Of a stretch of 64,000 bases of DNA, positions 56,336 through 64,000 are shown in pieces (position 1 is the stretch's first letter; each line of letters starts with the position of its first letter). The DNA comes from an uncultured Pseudomonadota bacterium (GTDB lineage: Bacteria > Pseudomonadota > Alphaproteobacteria > Rhodobacterales > Rhodobacteraceae): contig CAVOYU010000004.1 in assembly GCA_963700775.1 (NCBI GenBank), forward strand, positions 15,066 to 79,065. Reading direction: 5' to 3'. Below the pieces are notes generated by a model. The model saw only the letters and a program-made list of their open reading frames with translations. It did no database searches and was not told the DNA's origin. A program made the translations under genes and the position numbers.

Positions 56336-57013
56336 CACCAGGCCCCCGCGAGGAAGGGATCGTCCTCCGCTCGCGCCTCGACCCTTGGCGGGGTCATCCG
56401 CAGGACGGGAATGTCGCCCAGGCCGAGCTCCACATGGGTGGCGATCAGGGCGATGCCGCCGGCTTCGACGTGCTCGCGGACGAGGTCGGCCACCAGCGCG
56501 GTCGATTTCGGCGTCGAGCGAGACCGTGGGCTCGTCCAGCAGCCAGAGCGGCCGGTCCATGACCAGGAGCCGCGCCAGCCCCAGCCGGCGCTTCTGCCCT
56601 GCCGAGCATTGCCCCGCCGGGCGCGCGGCGATGCCGTCAAGGCCGAACCGAGCCAGCGCCGCCCCGGCGCGGGCCGGGTCGGTGCCGTGGATGCCGGCCC
56701 AGACGGCGAGGTTCTCGCCGATGCCAAGCGCGGGCTTCACCGCGTCGAGATGGCCGGCATAGGCGACCCGCTCCTGGAAGCCCTGCCGATCGGCGGCCAG
56801 CGACACGTCGCCGAGCCGCGCGTCGCCGCCCGCGACAGGGATCAGCCCGGCGAGCTGGCGGAGCAGCGTCGACTTGCCGACTCCGTTCGGCCCCCTGAGC
56901 GCCGCCGCCTGCCCGGCTTCGATCCGGAAGCTGAGATCGCCGAACACAAGCCGCCCCGCCCGGCGGCAGGCCAGGCGTTCGAGCTGCAAGGGCGCGGATG
57001 CTTCAGTGGTCAT
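56335..57013 (-). pseudogene. ccmA: Heme ABC exporter ATPase CcmA, interrupted by a +1 frameshift at ~56506-56508 (possible sequencing error)
   Basis: GPNGVGKST, SAGQKRR, WLLDEP in one frame; IATH...DDPFL C-terminus in another. Confidence 0.85.
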
Positions 57014-57024
57014 CGCTCGATGCT

Positions 57025-57780
57025 CTACCATACCCCGCGCCGAAGCCCAGTCGCGATATAGCCCCAAAGGGTCGGGTGAAAGTACTGGCGGCTCTCGCCC
57101 GCCGCCGGCCGGACCACCAGCCGGCCCGCCACGGCGGCGCGAACCGCCTCCAGCAGCAGCGGCACCCCGGCGGCGAACTGCAGGGCGGGATAGGTGTGAA
57201 AGCTGTCCTCCGGGTCCGGCGAGATGGCGGTCTGGGCGACGATGCCGCCGGTGTCGACGCCGGGATCGACCAAGTGCACGGTCACGCCGCAGTTCTCGCG
57301 GTCGCCGCTGGCAAGCGCCCAGTATCCGCCGTGGACGCCGCGATAGGCCGGGGTGATCCCGGCATGTATGTTGAGGATCGGAACCCGGATCGCATCCAGC
57401 AGCGCCCGCGACAGGATGCGGGTGCCGCTGACAACAATCACCTCCGGTGCGGCGGCGTCGATCAGGCTCGCGGCGCCGTTGGCGCTCCCGATGCTGCGGG
57501 CGCGCCCGGCCGGCAGGGGGGTCTCGTCGAGCCCGGCTGCGGCAAGGATCGCGCGCCGGCGCGCTTCCGCCCGGCCCGCGGCCAGCCTGGCCCAGAGCGC
57601 GAACAGCAGCTGACCCGCCACGGTCACCGGACCGAGCCTGCGCAGCCGGCGCCGCAGGAAGGCCCGGCGCGGCTCGCGGTCTTCGATGATCACCGTCAGC
57701 TGGTGCCCCGCGCCGGCCAGCGCGTTGGCCAGAATCCACGTCGAGTGGCCCGGGCCGGCGAGCAGGAGCACCCGCGCCAT
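57025..57780 (-). CDS. Formyltransferase-family protein
   Basis: LNIHAGITPAYRG, GVTVHLVDPGVDTG. Confidence 0.85.
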   Translation of the reverse strand: MARVLLLAGPGHSTWILANALAGAGHQLTVIIEDREPRRAFLRRRLRRLGPVTVAGQLLFALWARLAAGRAEARRRAILAAAGLDETPLPAGRARSIGSANGAASLIDAAAPEVIVVSGTRILSRALLDAIRVPILNIHAGITPAYRGVHGGYWALASGDRENCGVTVHLVDPGVDTGGIVAQTAISPDPEDSFHTYPALQFAAGVPLLLEAVRAAVAGRLVVRPAAGESRQYFHPTLWGYIATGLRRGVW

Positions 57781-57781
57781 C

Positions 57782-58774
57782 TCAGGCGGCCAGCGCCCGC
57801 GCGGCGGCGTCGGCCATGGACAGCGAGGGCCAGCCATGGTCCTCGCGAAGCCGCGCCGCCTCGGTCGCGACCCGATCGAGGACGGTGAAGTTGCGATCCT
57901 GATCGACCCCGAAATTGTGCGGATGGAACCACAGGTGGAACAGCTCGCCCCGCGCCGCCGCCCGGCGCATGGCCGACAGGATCCGGTCGAGCCTCAGAGG
58001 CTCCAGCACCGCCAGGCTTCGCGACCAGGGCCGCAGGAAACGGCTGGAGGGCAGATCCGCCATGCCGTCCCGGAGCTCGGCCACGTGGCCATGGGCGCCA
58101 GTCACGTTGACATAGGCGTCCGCGAGTTTGAGCCCGCGCTTCAGCAGTCCCTCGTCGCCATGCGCGGCGGCGGCATGAATGCGTGTGCGCTCCTGCCCGC
58201 GATAGGCGGTCAGTCCGGCCTCGCGGCAGGCGGCCAGATAGGCTGCATTGACCTGGTTGCGGGGGAAGACGATGCTCTTCAACACCATCCCCTCGGCCGC
58301 GGCGGCCCTGCCGGCGGCGGCGAGGTCGGCGCGAAACTGCGCCAGGTTCTGCCCCGGCTCCAGGCAGTAGAAATGCGAGAATGTGTGGGTCGCGATCTCC
58401 TGACGCGGCGCTTGCGCGATCCGCCGGATCAGCGACAGGCCGAAATGATAGGGATCGCGGCGCTCGTCCGGGCCGATTGCGGCCAGGTCGCCATAGGGCG
58501 ACAGGCGGGCATCGTGATAGCTCGGCCGCTCGTCGGGAAGCGCGGCCAGCAATGCGTCGCGGTCGTCGAAGAACAGCATGCCCACGGTGGCCCAGGTGCA
58601 GCCCAGCTCGTGGCGGGCGAACAGATCCAGCAGCCGCGGCACAACCTGACGGACCCCAAGGATGTTGGCGCCGTAATCGGCAACGGTCCGGCAGTCGCGC
58701 ACGCCCCACATCAGCTCGAAATCGAGCGAGATCACGAAGCCTCCGCGAGACGAAACCGGATTATGATCGAGCAT
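57782..58774 (-). CDS. Polysaccharide deacetylase family protein
   Basis: ISLDFELMWG, TWATVG, EIATHTFSH, VFPRNQ, HLWFHPHN. Confidence 0.85.
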   Translation of the reverse strand: MLDHNPVSSRGGFVISLDFELMWGVRDCRTVADYGANILGVRQVVPRLLDLFARHELGCTWATVGMLFFDDRDALLAALPDERPSYHDARLSPYGDLAAIGPDERRDPYHFGLSLIRRIAQAPRQEIATHTFSHFYCLEPGQNLAQFRADLAAAGRAAAAEGMVLKSIVFPRNQVNAAYLAACREAGLTAYRGQERTRIHAAAAHGDEGLLKRGLKLADAYVNVTGAHGHVAELRDGMADLPSSRFLRPWSRSLAVLEPLRLDRILSAMRRAAARGELFHLWFHPHNFGVDQDRNFTVLDRVATEAARLREDHGWPSLSMADAAARALAA

Positions 58775-59021
58775 GGATCCTGTCCGTCCCGCACCGCCTG
58801 CTTCCGCCGCCGGGCGGACCAGACGCAAACCTACCGGCCCCGCCTGAGCCGGGCAAGCGCGACTGCGGCCACGCGTCCTCTGTCGGCGTCTGCGGGGACC
58901 CGCCTCGGCGCGTTGGCCTTCATGGCAGGGCCGGCGACCGTATTGCCTTGGCGGCATTGTCGGTGACAATGCGGGTGGCCAGGCGGGCGGCCAGCCCGGC
59001 CCGGCCACTGCGGGAGGGGTC

Positions 59022-59849
59022 ATGAACGCCGAAGCGATCAAGTCGATGAAGCTCTATTCCGGGATCGAGCGCGTCCTGAACGACCTCGCGGCCGAGGGCT
59101 ATGGACCCGGGGACCGGCTCACCGTCGATGCGCTGACGCCCTTTGACCAGCTGCACTATCACGGCACCGACGCGGTCGATCTCGCCATCCGGTCGATCGG
59201 GATCACGGAGGGCTCCCGCATCCTCGAGATAGGCTCGGGCTTCGGCGGGCCGGCGCGGTACCTTGCGCACAAGACCGGCTGCCGGGTCATGGCGGTCGAG
59301 TTGCAGGCGGATCTGAACGCGCTTGCATCCGACCTCACGGCGCGCTGCGGTCTTGCCGGCCGGGTCGAGCATGTCTGCGGCGATGTTCTGGAAACGCATT
59401 TGGAATCCGAGGCTTACGATGGCGTCGTGTCCTGGCTGGCGCTCTTCCACATTCCCGACCGGGCACCGCTGTTTCCGAAGCTGGCGGCCGCGCTGAGGCC
59501 AGGCGGGCGCATCCACGTCGAGGACCTCTGCAAGCTCGGCGACTTCACCCCGGCCGAGCGCCATGATCTCGGCGGGATGCTCTATGCCAAGACCATGCCG
59601 CTGCGCGACGAATACATTGCCGAGGTCGAGGCGGCGGGGCTGATAGGGGTCAGGTTCGAGGACATGACGGATGACTGGACCGCCTTCACCAGCGAACGCC
59701 TCGATGCCTTCCGTGCCGCGCGCGGACGGCATCTCCGGGTGCACGGGACGGAGATCGTCTCCGCGCTCGACGAGTTCTACGCGACGATGGTGCGGCTCTT
59801 CCGGGGCGGGCATGTCGGCGGCGCGCGCATAACCGCGCGCAAAGGCTGA
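59022..59849 (+). CDS. SAM-dependent methyltransferase (sarcosine/sterol MT-like)
   Basis: [27 protein letters not shown]. Confidence 0.85.
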   Translation: MNAEAIKSMKLYSGIERVLNDLAAEGYGPGDRLTVDALTPFDQLHYHGTDAVDLAIRSIGITEGSRILEIGSGFGGPARYLAHKTGCRVMAVELQADLNALASDLTARCGLAGRVEHVCGDVLETHLESEAYDGVVSWLALFHIPDRAPLFPKLAAALRPGGRIHVEDLCKLGDFTPAERHDLGGMLYAKTMPLRDEYIAEVEAAGLIGVRFEDMTDDWTAFTSERLDAFRAARGRHLRVHGTEIVSALDEFYATMVRLFRGGHVGGARITARKG

Positions 59850-60130
59850 AGGTCGAGCCGCGGGCCGAGGCGACGCGGCGGCGCGTGAAACCGCCCCGAC
59901 GCGGACATCTCCGCGTCTCCTGCCTAAGGCGTTCCCGTCTTGACGCACCCGCACGGCGCCCGCGACCGGATCGCATGGCCCTGCGACTCGCGAGCCGATT
60001 GCGTTCACACGGGATTTCCGCCATTAAGCGCGGAAATCCAGCCTATGCCTCCCCCGGCCGTGCGGTCCGCGCCCGCCCGTGCCGGCCTCCAGTGCAATCG
60101 GGGGGGGCCGTCACGAGAAGGGAGACACGC

Positions 60131-62818
<2,688 letters not shown>

Positions 62819-62839
62819 GCCGCGCCGCCTCCGGAACGA

Positions 62840-62865
62840 CGCCCCCGCGGCCCGCCGCGGGGGCG
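62840..62865 (+). terminator. Hairpin after acnA
   Basis: CGCCCCCGCGG-4-CCGCGGGGGCG; short U tail. Confidence 0.6.
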
Positions 62866-63085
62866 TTCGCGTCTCCGGGCGCCGGTTTGGCCGCTCCACC
62901 ACGACCGCAGATTGCGTGTTGCCCGGGCGACTAAACCGGCGGCCGAGAATGAGCCTGATTCCAATCGGTTCGGTACGAAAACATTACCACTTGGCAAGAC
63001 ATCTGTGGCAGCATCCTATGACCGCCTTCTTCCGGGTCCGTGCCGGAACGCACGCCGGGCCGGGGGCGCGAGCCAGTGGCAGGAG

Positions 63086-63379
63086 ATGTTGCACGGTCAA
63101 GTGATGAAGCGCATCGACCCGGACTTCCGGCGCCAGCTCGAGGGATACTCCCTCGCGACAGCCGAGATCTTCTACCGAATGCCCGACGCACAGGATCTGC
63201 TTCAGACCTATATCTGGCAGGACTACGACCTGGCGCCGCGCTTTCCCAATCTGCGGAAATTCCTCGACTTCTGGGCGCGCGAGCTCGACGGGCCGATCCA
63301 CTCGGTCAGGCTTGCCCATGCGAGGCTGCTGCGCCCGGCGGAGTTCCGCTATGCGGGATTTGAGCTGAACATCCACTGA
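63086..63379 (+). CDS. usg: Usg family protein
   Basis: GYSLATAEIFYRMPD, YIWQDYDLAPRFP, LDGPIHSV; AGGAG RBS. Confidence 0.88.
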   Translation: MLHGQVMKRIDPDFRRQLEGYSLATAEIFYRMPDAQDLLQTYIWQDYDLAPRFPNLRKFLDFWARELDGPIHSVRLAHARLLRPAEFRYAGFELNIH

Positions 63380-63498
63380 GATCGCTGAATGCGGCTGGCC
63401 TGCATGCGCCCGGCTGTCCTATGATCGGCCGGGCACTACACATGCGCGTCACGCAGGAGTGATTGGTGATGACGGCGCGCCGACCTTATGTCCCGGGC

Positions 63499-64000
63499 AT
63501 GTTGGGACAAGCCAAGATCATCGTGTGCGCCGCTCTCGGTCTCGCGGTTGCCGCTCTGACTGCGCCCGCAGGCGCCCAGGGAACCTCGCAGGGAGCCGCC
63601 GGTGCCGGTCCGGCGCCAGTCGTGCTCGAACTCTATACGAGTCAGGGTTGCAGCTCCTGCCCGCCCGCTGACGAGACCCTCGCCCGGCTGGCCGGGCGCG
63701 ACGATGTCATCGCCCTCGCGCTCCATGTCGACTACTGGGACTATCTCGGCTGGCGCGACACCTTCGCCCAGCGCGAGTTCGGCCTGCGGCAGGCCGGGTA
63801 CCGGGACGCGTGGCACAAGAGCGTCGTCTATACGCCGCAGATGGTGGTGCAGGGCCAGCACGACGTCTCGGGCCTGCACGCCGGTCAGCTCTCCGCCGCC
63901 ATTGCCGAGGCGCAGGCTGCCGTGCCGCCGGTCAACGTGGTGATCGAGCGCAGCGGCGGCATGCTGAAATGCCGGATCGAGCCGGGGCCGAATCCGGTCA
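63499..64000 (+). CDS. DUF1223 thioredoxin-like secreted protein (3' truncated by window edge)
   Basis: Translated by hand: signal peptide, VVLELYTSQGCSSCPPAD, HVDYWDYLGW, YTPQMVV. Confidence 0.88.
   Translation, partial: MLGQAKIIVCAALGLAVAALTAPAGAQGTSQGAAGAGPAPVVLELYTSQGCSSCPPADETLARLAGRDDVIALALHVDYWDYLGWRDTFAQREFGLRQAGYRDAWHKSVVYTPQMVVQGQHDVSGLHAGQLSAAIAEAQAAVPPVNVVIERSGGMLKCRIEPGPNPV

Noticed and set aside
53726-57061. 1111-aa plus-strand ORF
   Set aside because: Antisense shadow of eutC/eutB/ccmB/ccmA in high-GC DNA; no motifs

Overview
GC-rich alphaproteobacterial chromosome segment (gene content and order look Rhodobacterales-like; this is an inference). It is mostly conserved housekeeping blocks: lgt-midA-pgeF, ubiK, proC, phasin, ftsEX-plsC, accA, mcl, def-fmt, gabD, rnhA, ispH, the folK-rpoZ-spoT-pdxJ-acpS-lepB-rnc-era-recO run, eutBC, ccmAB, acnA and usg. 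The standout is a ~4 kb accessory locus at 11.2-15.2 kb. Two small genes share an identical 35-aa twin-arginine-like leader (about half the codons differ, all synonymously) but have unrelated tails. They flank a PqqD/RRE-HPr-kinase-like gene and a nucleotidyltransferase, which suggests a RiPP-like peptide phosphorylation/nucleotidylation system. Both peptide genes carry the same upstream motif and promoter layout, and an IS5 element with a mutated catalytic Asp has inserted at the RBS of the upstream peptide gene. Other notable items: a tandem LepB paralogue lacking both catalytic residues, a CueR box driving a cytochrome c gene, a frameshifted ccmA, an internally deleted LysE gene, a cysteine-less racemase homologue, an allene-oxide-cyclase-like secreted protein and an unannotated 34-aa membrane peptide. 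No rRNA, tRNA or CRISPR array was seen. All calls come from motif recognition by eye; no database searches were run.
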